From NCBI RefSeq assembly GCF_001194135.2, contig NC_069008.1, positions 15,561,817 to 15,620,840 on the forward strand: DNA of 59,024 bases, read 5' to 3'. The first letter of the stretch is position 1; every line of letters starts with the position of its first letter. Below are positions 26,768-41,486 of the stretch, piece after piece. Source of the stretch: Octopus bimaculoides. Lineage: Eukaryota. The translations under genes and the position numbers were made by a program. Under the pieces are notes generated by a model, which saw nothing but the letters and a program-made list of their open reading frames with translations, was not told the DNA's origin and did not search any database.

Positions 26768-27192
26768 CTTAACAACTAAGCTAGAAGGAGTCAGCTCCAT
26801 AAAGTGCTAATCTCTAAAATCAGATGGAATATGTGGAAGTGTGACACCCAGAAAGACGTAGGACAAAGTGCTCAAGAACATTTCAGGTGAGATGACAAAG
26901 GAACGAGATTCCTGGCAACTTGCTCTACTCAAGAAGATCCACACTCCATAATAGCAGTGTTAAAATTTATCCCTCTGGTAGTGCAAAACATTTGTGGCAA
27001 TTCCTTATAAAAGCGGCCATGCAGTGCCACATAAAAGCACCCTGCAAGATATGAAATGGTCGGTACTACAAAGGGCATCCAGCAGAAACCATGACAAATC
27101 AGACTGGAGTCTGCTGCAGCTCCCCAGCTTGCAAGCCTTGGTCAAACCATCCAACCACACCAGCATGGACAATGGACGTTAAAAGATGATGA
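26768..27192. mobile_element. Cassette-borne RTE 3' end and tail with putative mini-exon 2 of ZNF-5 (26768-26813, minus)
   Basis: PRKT*DKVLKN…EMTKERDSW followed by an RTE tail ending gacgttaaaagatgatga; colinear with 52313-52975. Confidence 0.6.
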
Positions 27193-28293
27193 ACTCGACA
27201 TTTTAATTTATTAAAATTTACATCACAGAATCTTGTGTGAAGCTGACATATCTGTAATCTAAACTGACACCTTCACATTGTGTAACAGTTTTAAAATAAA
27301 ACAACAGAATTATAGACACTAACATTAGTCTTTCTCCAGAAATATAACTTGATATTGTTCATATGTCTGACAGAGCAGAGATATGATTAAAGACATTCCA
27401 TCCATGAAAATCCTGTCTGTTTGTATAGTGTTGTATATCTATGACTACATCATCCAATACAGTCTTTAATATTCATGACTGGGAGGTGAAATTAAAAGGA
27501 AATGAGCAGTCATATGATCACATGGATAGTTGCAAGACCTACAATCTTTATGACAGATGAAACAAGAATGATGAATGATGAAAAGTTAACTGAATTAGAA
27601 AAAGAAAGTAACTGATTTCCATCTATGTGATTTCAAGTTCAGTCCCACAGAGCAGCACTTTGAGCAAGTATCTTCTTTGATAGCACCAGTGCATCTAAAG
27701 TCATTTGAGTGAATTTGACAGACGGGAAACTGAAAGAAGCCTGTCTTGTGTGTGTGGGTCTTCACCTCATGTAACACATATGAATGCACATCAACATGAA
27801 AATATGTGCAGACATGAGGTGGCGGGGTAGGTAAATATTACCTTGCATTGAAATTGGTGGCGGTTGATAAGTTTCGTTTCATTTGCAAACAAGAAGGGAG
27901 AAAGGAATTGGATTAACATGTAGTTTAGTCTCATAAAATAGTGAAAGTAGATTGTCCCTAAAAACATGAAAGTATACTGTGATAGAAACCTGGAATGACA
28001 ACAGTGACATCATGGAATTTCATGTAAACAATGAATGTAATATAACGAATGTATCCAATACATAAATGTAGATATTTTATATAACCTGAAATCTGTACAT
28101 GTATTTTATATAAGACTAGCCTAAGTACCTGGTGTGACTCGTAAGTTTAAAGAATGTTAAATATATATATTTATTCTGATAAAAAATCAAATTTGGTACA
28201 GACTGATCCAGCGGTTTGGCTATGCACATAGAAGAAACACATATGCATGCATACATACAGACAGTGAATTTTATAGATACTGTGCTTATGTGC

Positions 28294-28714
28294 TAGGCAC
28301 AGGAGTGGCTGTGTGGTAAGTAGCTTGCTTACCAACCACATGGTTCCAGGTTCATTCCCACTGCATGGCACCTTGGGCAAGTGTCTTCTACTATAGCCTC
28401 GGGCCGATCAAAGCCATGTGAGTGGATTTGGTAGACAGAAACTGAAAGAAGCCCGTCGTATATATGTATATATATATGTGTATATATGTATGTATGTGTA
28501 TATGTTTGTATGTCTGTGTTTGTCCCCCCAGCATCGCTTGATAACCGATGCTGGTGTGTTTATGTCCCCGTAACTTAGCGGTTCGGGAAAAGAGACCGAT
28601 AGAATAAGTACTAGGCATCCAAAGAATAAGTTCTGGGATCGATTTGCTCGACTAAAGGCGGTGCTCCAGCATGGCCGTAGTCAAATGACTGAAACAAGTA
28701 AAAGAGTAAAGAGT
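28294..28714 (+). mobile_element. SINE family A
   Basis: Full copy. Confidence 0.9.
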
Positions 28715-29024
28715 ATGTAGAGCAGATAGCAAAAGAGGTATACCACTCAAACAAGGGATAAATTAATGTAGGTCACTCATTATCTATTTCAACTTTTCAT
28801 GGCATAGAAAAGATTAAGCGTGAAGTGGGGAACACATAAATGTGCGTTAGCCCTTGACGGAACAATAGACTGTGTGGTTAGTGGGAAATTGTAGATTCAA
28901 TCTTGGATCTGAAGTAGGTCCAATATCCAAGTAGACACTGTTACTTCGAATTTAGATATGGAATATAGAGCTAATTTTATTAGGTCTATTCCGTGAACAA
29001 CTTGAGTAACTCATGTCGATATCA

Positions 29025-29422
29025 TAGGCGTAGGAGTGGCTGTGTGATAAGAAGCTTGCTTATCAACCACATGGTTCCAGGTTCAGTCCCATTGCGTGGC
29101 ACCTTGAGCAAGTGTCTTCTACTATAGTCTCGGGCCGACCAAAGCCTTGTGAGTGGATTTGGTAGACGGAAACTGAAAGAAGCCTGTCATATATATATAT
29201 GTATATACGTGTGTGTGTGTGTATGTTTGTCCACCAACATCGCTTGACAACCAATGCTGGTGTGTTTACGTCCCCGTAACTTAGTGGTTCGGCTAAAGAG
29301 ATCGATAGAATAAGTACTAGGCTTACAAAGAATAAGTCCTAGAGTGAATTTGCTCGGCTAAAGGCGGTGCTCCAGCATGGCTGCAGTCAAATGACTGAAA
29401 CAAGTAAAAAAAGAGTAAAAGA
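29025..29422 (+). mobile_element. SINE family A
   Basis: Full copy. Confidence 0.9.
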
Positions 29423-30894
29423 CTACCTCTAACTTATGTCACGGGAATATCAAACTTTAAAATTCATAAAGTTTATCACATAAATTGAAAGATATCTAAC
29501 AGTGAATGAGCGTGTGTCCGTATGAAAACTTTGCGTTATTTAGAAACGTTACTGTTTCTTTTTCTTTAAACTCCATTTTATTATCACAATTAAAAAGCAT
29601 TTATCTTTATTTAAAAAAAGAGGTGGGGGTCGTAGACATGACGGAGAATTATTCAACATCATGTTTGCTCCTATCGAAATCGTTTACCTTTAAAGCAAAA
29701 AAACGAAATCGATGGATACAACAGGTACGTAAAAGATGTTTACTTCCTCTGTTCATTTGCATATGCTGTAGAAATTGTTGTGTGCACGCGTGCACACACA
29801 CACACACACACAATTTCCATACATTTTGCTGTTAGTTTTAGCAGTTCATTTTCAGTTTTAGACAATGGGGTTGCAAAGGGTGTGGATCAATTTTGAGTTC
29901 TTCATAGAAAATTTGAAACTAGAAAAATTTTCTTCCATATTCTTAATCCCCAAAATTTTCCATGTAGATTGAAAAAAGTTATGAATTTAAAATTTGGAGT
30001 GAGCGGGGAATTTAAAATTTTGAAAACCTGCATATTCAGAATGTCAGTCATCAAAAACATATGAATCCACCTTTCTTCTTCTTGATGAACATCCATCACC
30101 CTTCTATAATCTGTGTATGGCATCCATACACAGATTTGGATAAACAAAAATTAAATGAATCGTTAACAATTTAATGGGTATACAAATAACCGAGACCCAC
30201 ATAAAAGGAAATTTTGGTATATTACTGTTGTTACTTTAGGTTTCTATTGCAAAATACACTTTTTTCAAGGACAATTTACTTTCACAGAATATAGATTTTT
30301 ATTTAGCAAACAAATTTTTACAAGAACAAAAAATTACAACAAAAGTATAAAAGATGAAAAGCCCCCTCCGCACCCATCTTCTACTGCTTAATCCCACCCA
30401 ACCTTTCTCCTTTTTTTTTTGTTTCATTGGTAAGGTATTTGTGTTTTATTTTCCTGGTGATTTTATTATTATACTTTTAGTGTCTTTTCTTTCATTTCTT
30501 TCTGTAAATATATCTATTAATTCTATTATACGAACAAAAACCAAATTATCTGTTTTCTTTCATTCTATTACAACAATATGCTACATGTTAGTCAAGAATT
30601 GAAATGGTGTTCGGTGTCGTAAAAGTAGGTGGAAATCAGATCTTTTACTATACAGCAATAAATATACTGTAATTACAGGATACAATATTCAATAAAGAAT
30701 AATGTGTAGGGTTGTCAGAAGGAAGAGTTTTGGTAGAGGTCCTTACATTAAAGAAAGGAATCTGTACAAGCAGTCATGGAATGAGGAGAGGTGAAGATTG
30801 CAAAAACAAAAGAAAAAAAAATTTTAATTTTTGAAATACTTTAGTCAGGTTATTCCATTACACGAAAATATTAAAAATATATAGCAAACAAGAA

Positions 30895-31353
<459 letters not shown>

Positions 31354-32229
31354 CTATGGTTTCTCTCCTGTATGAATACGTTTGTGTCTGGTAACTCGAA
31401 TGTTTCTAGAGAATGATTTACCACAGACATCACAATGATATGGTTTCTCTCCTGTATGAATATATTTGTGTTCCTTTAAGGTAGTATTTTGAGAGAATGA
31501 TTTACCACAGATATTACAATGATATGGTTTCTCTCCTGTATGAGTAAGTATGTGACTAGCTAAGTGATGAGATTCAGTGAATGATTTACCACAGATATCA
31601 CAATGATATGGTTTCTCCCCAGTATGAATACGTTTGTGTTTTGTTAAGGCAGTATTTTCAGTGAAAGAGTTACCACAAATATCACACTGATATGGCTTCT
31701 CTCCTGTATGAATACGTTTGTGTGCAGTAACATGACTATTTCTAGAGAATGATTTACCACAGATATCACAGTGATATGGTTTCTCTCCGGTATGAATAGA
31801 TTTGTGCTTGGTTAAGCTATTATTCTGAGAGAACGATTTACCACAGATATCACAGTAATACGGTTTCTCTCCTGTATGAATATGTTCATGTGTTGTCAAG
31901 TTACTATTATGAGAGAATGATTCACCACAGATCTCACAACGATATGGTCTCTCTCCTGTATGAATACGTTTATGTGTAGTCAAGTTACTATTATGAGAGA
32001 ATGATTTACCACAGATATCACAATTATAGGGTTTCTCCCCTGTATGAGTACGTTTGTGCTCAGTAACATGACCACTGCAAGAGAAAGACTTACCACAGAT
32101 ATCACAATGATATGGCTTCTCTCCTGTATGAGAACGTTTGTGTGCAGATAACTTACTACTGCAAGAGAATGATTTACCACAAACGTCACAACGGTATAGT
32201 TTCTCTACTGTATGAATACGTTTGTGCAT
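31354..32229 (-). CDS. C2H2 zinc-finger protein ZNF-6 (10 fingers, prematurely terminated)
   Basis: ORF from the internal ATG at 32229 to a TAT-to-TAG stop in a TGEKPY linker. Confidence 0.8.
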   Translation of the reverse strand: MHKRIHTVEKLYRCDVCGKSFSCSSKLSAHKRSHTGEKPYHCDICGKSFSCSGHVTEHKRTHTGEKPYNCDICGKSFSHNSNLTTHKRIHTGERPYRCEICGESFSHNSNLTTHEHIHTGEKPYYCDICGKSFSQNNSLTKHKSIHTGEKPYHCDICGKSFSRNSHVTAHKRIHTGEKPYQCDICGNSFTENTALTKHKRIHTGEKPYHCDICGKSFTESHHLASHILTHTGEKPYHCNICGKSFSQNTTLKEHKYIHTGEKPYHCDVCGKSFSRNIRVTRHKRIHTGEKP

Positions 32230-33119
32230 AAGTAGGTTACTTTCTTTAAATGAAGGACTTTGTACAGACATCACAGCCATATGATCTCATCTTTTTTATC
32301 ATGTGCTCAGAGGAAATTAATTATACCATTTTCTCACTCTTTTCCATTATTGTTCCCCTCAAATCCAAGTTTATATATTTTCCTTCCTTTTGTTCTTTTA
32401 CTTTCTTCCTTACAAACACTTCTACACCTGTATTTCTGTCCAGGGTTAACTTTCTTTAGCAACACTTACATAAATTTATCCAACTTCAATCAGCACACAG
32501 GCTCGTCTTCTTGACACTCCAGTCAGGGATGTTCACAAATTTGGCTAATATTATTTCAGAGCAAATGTTTCAAAGGAATTCTATCACAGATTTGTAGAAA
32601 CAACGTTATGCAGGTTTCATATAATATTTTCCTTTAGTCTTGAAAACATGCTAGATATTGAGGATGTTTCTTCTGTTAAGTCAATGTAATCTGAAATTAT
32701 ATAGAAAGAACAGTGTAAGATGTAGAGGCTTAAAAAAAAAAAACAGATTAATTTCTATTGAGATAATCTGTAGGAATAAACATTGACCTTAAGAACTGGG
32801 CTGGATGCCAGCAAGTCATAAAGAAGTGCTAATTCACTAATGCTAAAGTTGAGCAGAGAGGTACTTTCTCTATATTCTAGAGAGGGGTTAAACCAAGAGG
32901 TCTTGGGATAGGGCTTTATGGACGTGAAACCCAAGGTAATCCCACAGACTGGTCTTATCTAACTTTATGTATATTATATACTGCGTTCTTCCTCTTTGAA
33001 TTTGTTTTTAGTGACGATCCATATCTATAAGCATTGATTTCTGAACATTGCAGTGGTTGGAGGGTAATTGAGAATATTTCCCGAACTTAGAGAATAAAAA
33101 AAACCTTGCAAGGTAACTT

Positions 33120-33475
33120 CCATAGCCAAATCAAAGCCATCTATCTCTCTCATCCTGAGCTAGAAATAGCAGCAAAATCTCGCACAAATCAAGGACATCC
33201 TCTCATTCATAAAACATAAGAGAGACACAAAGAATCGACGCGCCAAAAAGTCTACAGAATTAAAAACATTGAACATTCTCATTTAATACTTACAGAAATG
33301 TTTCATAAAGGATAGCGTTGTTATATATATGTGTGTATCTGGTAGTTGAGAAATGCATAAGTATTATAAATGTATTATTAACTGATTGAGTGAAATTCCT
33401 TCGCATATCCGGATATCAACATAAATATAAGTATTTTCAATGTGCAAAGTCTAATTATCTCCCTTCCTGTCTTAT
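33120..33475 (-). promoter_or_regulatory. Cassette P6, palindrome deleted
   Basis: Donor tacttac at 33287-33293; motif region reduced to caatgtgcaaagtct. Confidence 0.5.
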
Positions 33476-33518
33476 CATATTGCTGTTGCGTGTGTGTGTG
33501 TCACGTTTTTTTTTTTTT

Positions 33519-33819
33519 TTGTTGGCACACCGTCGCTTACGACGTCGAGGGTTCCAGTTGATCCGATCAACGGAACAGCCTGCTCGTGAAATTAACGTGC
33601 AAGTGGCTGAGCACTCCACAGACACGTGTACCCTTAACGTAGTTCTCGGCGATATTCAGCGTGACACAGTGTGACAAGGCTGACCCTTTGAATTACAGGT
33701 ACAACAGAAACAGGAAGTAAGAGTGAGAGAAAATTGTGGTGAAAGAGTACAGCAGGGTTCGCCATTATCCCCTGCCGGAGCCTCGTGGAACTTTAGGTGT
33801 TTTCGCTCAATAAACACTC
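33519..33819 (-). mobile_element. SINE family B (head lost in N-gap)
   Basis: Reverse complement of the 50185 copy, with a T-run at the tail. Confidence 0.85.
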
Positions 33820-35136
33820 NNNNNNNNNNNNNNNNNNNNNNNNNNNNNNNNNNNNNNNNNNNNNNNNNNNNNNNNNNNNNNNNNNNNNNNNNNNNNNNNN
33901 NNNNNNNNNNNNNNNNNNNNNNNNNNNNNNNNNNNNNNNNNNNNNNNNNNNNNNNNNNNNNNNNNNNNNNNNNNNNNNNNNNNNNNNNNNNNNNNNNNNN
34001 NNNNNNNNNNNNNNNNNNNNNNNNNNNNNNNNNNNNNNNNNNNNNNNNNNNNNNNNNNNNNNNNNNNNNNNNNNNNNNNNNNNNNNNNNNNNNNNNNNNN
34101 NNNNNNNNNNNNNNNNNNNNNNNNNNNNNNNNNNNNNNNNNNNNNNNNNNNTATCAAATTAGAAAAAAAAACTTTTTGGCTACTTCCATCATGCTAGCTC
34201 CACACGAGGGGCATATTTTTGGGGTATTTAAAAGTCCATGTCTCTTAAGCCAATTAATACTATTTTCTGTTGTAGCGGTGGCGATGGCAATATCGCGGTG
34301 ATTAATTCCAACTTTGGATTACGCGTGGTGGTGGTGGTCATTGGTGTATGTGATTTGTTTTTAAAAACAATAATGAATAATGCAAAAATATATTTATTTA
34401 TAAAGTTTAAACTGAACATGAAATGAAATATATTTATTTATAAACTTTAAACTACGGAAACAAACGAAGGTGGACGAGTGATAGATAGATAGAGCGAGAG
34501 AGAGACAGACAGGCAGATAGCGCCGGCCAGTCAGTAGCCAAAGAAACAGATTTCAACTCAAACCAGCAGTAACATTCCTTGTCTGGATTTTTCTACTTTC
34601 ACTTCTGACAGCTAATACGATGACAGTGCCGAATACCCCAATCGAATATGAAATGGATTTCATGAAATATTCGTATATTGTCGTTACTTCCGGTTTCTCA
34701 CAGAATATAGTTTTATTTAGCAACAATATTTTACTGGAATAAAAGAAAGAAAAACATTTAAATTATGAGAGATTAACTCCCTCCTCACCCATCTACTGGT
34801 TAATCCCGTCCAACTTCTTTCTTTTCCCTTGTTTTGTTGGTGAGGTAGTTCCGTTTTATTCTCACGATAATTTCACCTTTTATACTTTTACTGTTTTCCC
34901 TTCAATCTTTTCCTCAACAAACATTTTGCCAAATGAAACATTTATATATTATTATTCGAACAAAAACGAAATAATCCATTTACTTTCATTATTTTTACGA
35001 CGGTATATACCTAATTTTTTCATGGAAAGCTACCCCCATCAATCCCAAATGAGTGAAGATAATTTGAAAAAAAATTCCCCTCAAACGAATAATATCCAAC
35101 TTATGTAGATGAGCTATTCTGGCGGTGGAGCTGGAG

Positions 35137-35432
35137 TATATGTAATCTGGGTATACCCCCTCTTTTAAATTTTGTTTTTTTTTCACGGAATCCTATGTTT
35201 CAGACCATGGAGAAACAGATTCTGGAAAAAAATATTCAAAAATCTCAATTTCAAAATTTCGACCCCCCCCCCCNNNNNNNNNNTTCTAGCATGTAAATAG
35301 CCTGCTTGGTGGTGGTGGGGGGGGGGTAATTGAAAATTTTTTTTTCAGAATCGGAATCTCCATAGCCCAAAACGTGGGATTCCGTAAAAAAAAATTAATA
35401 AATAAGTGGGGGAAAGGTTCAGATTACATATA
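35137..35432. mobile_element. Non-autonomous DNA element with TIR TATATGTAATCTG
   Basis: 13-bp perfect TIRs at 35137-49 and 35420-32, plus subterminal acggaatcc/ggattccgt. Second copy at 42396-42681. Confidence 0.7.
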
Positions 35433-35699
35433 CCATTCTGGCATCTGTCTTAATTTTCAGCATAATTTCAAATTTACAAGTCCAGAGAAAAAAGTCGAGA
35501 TGTATAAATTATGCATAAAACCCATTCACTTGTACTTTATAATCCTTATCTAGAAGTTTCTGTTTAATATTATCTATTTGGTGCACATTGGGATTAGACA
35601 CTGAGGGAAAACTGTTGTAACTTTTTTATTTTTCCATTTTGGCGATTTTCGCTTTCGATAACGTGTTCTACTTATCACGGTCATGCGATTGCCCCTATA

Positions 35700-35935
35700 A
35701 AATAGCAGCCAACATGTAATACCTACTACTTAATACTTACAGAAATGTTTCATACAGGATAGTGTTGTTATCTGTGTGTGTATCTGGTAGTTGAGAAAGA
35801 CATTATCAGCTGATTAAAAGAAATTCATACGAAAGACATTTAATCGGATATCAACATGAAGTAGGAAGTACGTTCAATGCGCATGCGTATCCTATGTTAT
35901 ATATTTTATTCAGTTAAGTCTAATTATCTCCCTTT
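35700..35935 (-). promoter_or_regulatory. Cassette P7, palindrome intact, no adjacent ZNF exon of its own
   Basis: Donor tacttac at 35734-35740; tgcgcatgcg at 35878-35887. Confidence 0.6.
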
Positions 35936-36009
35936 AGATATCTTCATTCTTTGCCATCTGGCCCCAAATATTTCTTGTGAAATCTGCATTGAATCATTCT
36001 CTGAAACTA

Positions 36010-38568
36010 GCCATTCAGTGCCTGTTTGGACTGGTGTTACAATCATTCTGTGCATGTTAAAGTGTATTACCGAAAGCTTGGTTACGTGAAAATTGTTACC
36101 TGCTTGCAGGAATTTTGGCAGACAAAATCAAAACATTTGACTTCAGGTATTTCCGTGCCAAATGACAGTTGCCGAAATGGGAGGACGAGAAGAGAGCTAA
36201 TGGGTTGTGTGTGCGCGGTTATTCTTGTCTGTCTGTGTGTGCTGGTTCTTGTCTGTGTCTGTGTGTGTGCCTGTTCCGTTTTTATGAGGTGGGGGAACCT
36301 GTCTGAGTTGATGCTGAGTGCTGTGAAGGGCCAGCCATGGCTGAGGAGTTTATAGAGGTGCTTTCTGAGTGCCCCGGGAACAAGTCGACGGGATTGGATG
36401 GTCCACCTTACAAATTTTATAAAAGTAGCCAGACTTGCTCGGGAAGATACTGGCTAGTGTTTACACGAATTGGCAGCAGAATGGGGGAATCCTCAAATCT
36501 GTGAACCAAGGAGTGGCGACACTGATCAGGAAGGACCCAAGTAAGGGCAATAACATTAATAATTTTTGGCTTATAACTCTGAGAAAACCAGAGTTAAAGA
36601 TTTTGGCCAAGGTGCTAGCCAAGAGAGTGAGGGTTGTCAATGGCGACCTGGTGGGAAAGGCACAGACTTGTGCCATCCCAGGGAGGATGATACATGACAA
36701 CCTTCATCTCATTTGCTACACCATATAGAGGGTAGGTAAAGTTCCTGGCAAAGGTGGGGCACTGGTGAATTGAAACCAGTCCAAGGCATTCGATAGGGTC
36801 AACCTTTGGTATCTGGTGGCGGTCGGACTGGGCTCATCTTTCTGAGGTTGGATCAAAGCTTTACATTGCAACATCAAATCTGTTGCCCGAATGCATGAGT
36901 TCTTTTCAAGTGTTCGGTTACCCAAGGTTGCTCCTGTATGTATTGGCTCTTGAGCTACTGCTGCAGAGATTAGGGACTATAGGGGGAGACCTGGGTGATG
37001 TGTTATGCAACGGCGTATGCGGATGATGTTACCATCATCGTATCTGATAAAGGGCAGCTACCTTGTGTAAAAAGATGCCATCAAAAGATAGGAAGTGGTG
37101 GCAAAGGCAAAAATTAACCGGGAAAAATCAGTCACCTTGAAATTCGGCACCTGGCATGGCAAGTTGATGCTTCCCAACAGCATCATCGGATGCTGGATGG
37201 AGGGCCCGGTTAAACTGCTTGGAATTTGGATCAGATCTCCAGGTGGAGATAAACTGGAGTGAGGTGATGGCCATAATCCAAACCTTGTCTGGGAGGACGT
37301 TATCCTTGCTGAAGTTGCACACGTGTTTATAGCATCTGTGATAACCTACCGCCTAACCATCGTGCCTTGCCCTGGTTTGTGGCTGACCAAGTTGGAACGG
37401 ATCCTTTTCCGCTTTTTGTAGCAAGGAAAACCACCACTTGTGAGGCAATCCATCTGCTGCCAGAAACTGTGTTGATGCTGAAGCACCTCTGGTGCTACCT
37501 GAATGGTGAGCAGGTGTGGTCACTGCACGCCAAGCAACATTTCCTACAATTGGAGTCTCTCAGGGACTTAGGTACATGGATCAAGCGGATACCTAGGCTG
37601 GGAGACTGGCAGAGGGAGTAATACTGGTAGCAAGGTTACCACTGTAGATTTTTATAGAGAGTTGGTAGAGTTTAAGTCTGACGATGTCCTGGAGGAGACT
37701 CTAGGCTTTGATGAGGAACAACTGACTAACCTGTTTGGCAGAACATTCAAGCCGAGACATCTGGATAACTTCCAGAAGTCCTTGGCTTGGTTGTGCTATC
37801 GATCGCTCTTACTGGTTTGAGAGAGGTTGTCTAGACACGGTTTTGACACTCCCCCCCCGCCCACACAGGCCCAAGGTGTGGGCGTGTCAGTGAAATTGTC
37901 GCGCACACCTTCGTACACTGGGAGGAGTTGAGGGGGTTGATAACCCATGTCTAACAACTGAAGTCAGATGTGGAAAGAGTACGGCTCTCGACTGAGTCCA
38001 TGGTTAAGATAGTACTTCCTCTCTCCTTTAACAAGGAAAGGAAGGCATCCTTTTTTTTTTTTGCGTAGTAGCCATACTGAAAGATAGAGTATGGATGACA
38101 TGTGCAAAAGTGGATTGAGGCAGGTTATTTTATCATCTTGGGTTGGTAAGTCATTTCAGCTTCCATCTGTTAAGAAAGATCCGTCTGGAGAAAAAGTACC
38201 TGCCTCAGAGTGTATACGAAAAAAGATGGGCAACTGTGGTAAGGGAGTTGCATATAAATGAGGCCATGCTAGAGCAGCCAGTCAAAATGAAGGAGCAGGA
38301 AGAAAATGTTTTATAAAAAAAACAAAAAGAAAAATAAACAAAGGATAAAAACCAGTGGGTAAAAAACAAACCCTTAAAATGATATATATCTTTATATTTT
38401 TATTCTTACATTTTCACTTTCATTTAAAATTATATTTTTCATTCCAATTTTTCCGATTTTATATTTGATTGTGACCCCAACCACCTGTAAGACTGTCCAT
38501 TGTTCTGTTCCTGCCCCTTTTTTGTCTTTTTGTGTACGCCCTTTATAGGCAATAAAGAAATAGATTTG
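36010..38568 (+). mobile_element. Tx1/L1-clade LINE, defective (RT and 3' end), flanked by 8-bp TSD
   Basis: NKSTGLDGPPY, LITLRKPELKILAKVLAKR, QTCAIPGRMIHDN, QSKAFDRV and AYADDVT motifs with stops. TSD tgaaacta at 36002-09 and 38569-76; aataaagaa near the 3' end. Confidence 0.85.
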
Positions 38569-39059
38569 TGAAACTAATGTCTTTACCAAACAGGTCTTTA
38601 TTGATATGAAAACATAGCTATATAAATGTGACACTTCATAACAACAAGCATTTTAACTTCCACTTAAATCTGGGTTAGTCTTGTAGGTTTTAGATCCATT
38701 CGTTGTGGCTCTGGTTTTTAGGCTGTTTTTACATTTAGTTGATCTTCCTTGATACCAACCTGTTTGCTTGCCATCTACAGCATGCAGATATATGGTTTCC
38801 TGTCAAAATTGCTTCAATATGAAACAAAAACTCACACATCAATAAGTCTAGATTTATTCATACATCAAACGAAATACAAAAGTTAGCTTTTGAACACTAT
38901 ATTGCATAGCTCCATCTTATAACTACATTCTTGAGATAACTTACATCTGTGATATTTTTAATAAGAATAATTTCTTATAGATTTTGAAATTATTTTGCAA
39001 GAAATTTCATCCTACTTTATTATTGTTATATTTGTAAGGAGTCATAATTAATATTGACT

Positions 39060-39345
39060 ATAAATGGTTGTTGCCAGTGCCGCTGGACTGGCTCCTTTGC
39101 AGGTGGTACGCAAAAAACAGCACTTGAGGGTGGCTGTTGGCAGTACCGCCTGACTGGCCCTCGTGCCGGTGGCACGTAAAAGCACCCACTACACTCTCAG
39201 AGTGGTTGGCGTTAGGACGGGCATCCAGCTGTAGAAAATCTGCCAAATCAGATTGGAGCCTGGTGCAGCATCTGGTTCGCCAGTCCTCAGTCAAATCGTC
39301 CAACCCATGCTAGCATGGAAAGCGGACGTTAAACGATGATGATGG
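39060..39345 (+). mobile_element. RTE LINE 3' tail
   Basis: ggcacgtaaaagcaccc…ggcatccagctgtagaa…gacgttaaacgatgatgatg. Confidence 0.7.
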
Positions 39346-39680
39346 AGTGAGAGAGAGTGTGGTAAATATATAGTTTATCATCAGAAAAGTGAAAAATAAA
39401 AGACAGACAAATAGAGAACATAAGATATTTAATGGGTCAAGCATTTAAAACATAATATATATACAGAAATTTAAAGATGTGATATTCACTAAAGAATAAA
39501 GTGTAGGGTTGTCAGTAGGAAGAGTTTTGGTAAAGAGGTCCTTACACCATCGAAAGGAATCTGCACTCGTAGTTGTGGAACAAGGAGAGGTGAAAATTGC
39601 ATAAAGAAAACAGAAAATATTTTTGAATTATGTCAGTCATATTTTCCATTGAATATTGAAAATACATACCAAACAAGAAA

Positions 39681-41486
39681 TTACCTGTTTCCTTTCTTCC
39701 CTGTATGAATGTATCTGTGTTTTGTTAAGTCACAATTTTGAGAGAATGATTTCCCACAGACATCACAGTGATGCGGTTTCTCTCCCGTATGACTTTGCTT
39801 ATGCCTAGACAAGTGACCACTCTGAGTGAATGATTTACCACAGATATCACAATGATATGGTTTCTCTCCTGTATGAGTACGTTTGTGAGCAGTAACATAA
39901 CCACTGCTGGAAAATGATTTCCCACAGATATCACAATGATATGGTGTCTCCCCTGTATGAATACGTTTGTGTCTTGATAGGGAACTTCTGTCAGAGAATG
40001 ATTTACCGCAGATATCACAAGGATATGGTTTCTCTCCAGTATGAATATGACTGTGTGTAGATAACTGAGTATTGGAAGAGAATGATTTCCCACAGATATC
40101 ACATTGATATGGTTTCTCTCCTGTATGAATACGTTTGTGTTTCGTTAAGTAACTATTTGCAGGGAATGATTTACCACAGATATCACAATGATACGGTTTC
40201 TCTCCTGTATGAATACGCGTGTGTGTTGTAAGATGAATGCTTCTAGAGAATGATTTACCACAAATATCACAATGATATGGTCTTTCTCCTGTATGAGTAC
40301 GTTTGTGTGTAGTAACACAACCACTGCTAGAAAATGATTTACCACATATATTACAGTGATATGGAGTCTCTCCTGTATGAGTACGTCTGTGTGGAGTTAA
40401 GGAACTACTGTGAGAGAATGATTTACCACAGACATCACAGTGATATGGCTTCTCTCCTGTATGAATATGTTTATGCTCCTGTAAGTTACTATTTACAGAG
40501 AAAGATTTGCCACAGATATCACAGTGATATGGTTTGTCTCCTGTATGAATACGTTTGTGCTTAGTTAATTTACTACCTTCAGAGAATGATTTACCACAAA
40601 TATCACAATGATATTGTTTCTCTCCTGTATGACTACGTTTGTGAGCAGTAACGTGACCACCGCTAGAGAATGATTTACCACAGATATCACAATGATATGG
40701 TTTCTCCCCAGTATGAATACGATTATGTCTAGATAAGTCACTTCTAGAAAAGAATGATTTACCACAGATATCACAACGATATAGTTTCTCTCGTGTATGA
40801 ATGTGTTTGTGTTTCGTTACATCACTATTTACAGAGAATGTTTTACCACAGACATCACAATGATATGGTCTCTCTCCAGTATGAATAGATTTATGCCTGC
40901 TTAATGTAATGGATCCTGAGAATGATTTACCACAAATATTACAATGATATGGTTTCTCTCCTGTATGAATACGCTTATGTGCAGTTAAAATACTATTAAC
41001 AGAGAATGATTTACCACAGACATCACAATGATAGGGTTTCTCTCCTGTATGAATACGTTTGTGATTAGTAACTTGAAACTTTCTAGAGAATGATTTACCA
41101 CAGACATCACAGTTATATGGTTTCTCTCCTGTATGAGTATGTTTATGTGCAACCAAGATATTAATAAGAGAGAATGATTTACCACAGACATCACAACGAT
41201 ATGGTTTTTCTCCTGTATGAATACGTTTGTGTGTAGTAACTTGACTGCTTCTAGAGAATGATTTACCACAGATATCACAGTGATATGGTTTCTCTCCTGT
41301 ATGAGTACGTTTGTGTGTAGTTAAGACACTATTTTCTGAGAATGATTTACCACAGACATCACAATTATAGGGTTTCTCTCCTGTATGTATACGTTTGTGT
41401 GCAGTTAAATGACTACAGTTCGAGAATGATTTACCACAGATATCGCAATGATATGGTTTCTCTCCTGTATGAATACGTTTATGCAT
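39681..41486 (-). CDS. C2H2 zinc-finger protein ZNF-7 (21 fingers)
   Basis: Intact array from the internal ATG at 41486 to HTGKKGNR*. The old start at 41573 is closed by TAA at 41547-49. Confidence 0.9.
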   Translation of the reverse strand: MHKRIHTGEKPYHCDICGKSFSNCSHLTAHKRIHTGEKPYNCDVCGKSFSENSVLTTHKRTHTGEKPYHCDICGKSFSRSSQVTTHKRIHTGEKPYRCDVCGKSFSLINILVAHKHTHTGEKPYNCDVCGKSFSRKFQVTNHKRIHTGEKPYHCDVCGKSFSVNSILTAHKRIHTGEKPYHCNICGKSFSGSITLSRHKSIHTGERPYHCDVCGKTFSVNSDVTKHKHIHTREKLYRCDICGKSFFSRSDLSRHNRIHTGEKPYHCDICGKSFSSGGHVTAHKRSHTGEKQYHCDICGKSFSEGSKLTKHKRIHTGDKPYHCDICGKSFSVNSNLQEHKHIHTGEKPYHCDVCGKSFSHSSSLTPHRRTHTGETPYHCNICGKSFSSSGCVTTHKRTHTGERPYHCDICGKSFSRSIHLTTHTRIHTGEKPYHCDICGKSFPANSYLTKHKRIHTGEKPYQCDICGKSFSSNTQLSTHSHIHTGEKPYPCDICGKSFSDRSSLSRHKRIHTGETPYHCDICGKSFSSSGYVTAHKRTHTGEKPYHCDICGKSFTQSGHLSRHKQSHTGEKPHHCDVCGKSFSQNCDLTKHRYIHTGKKGNR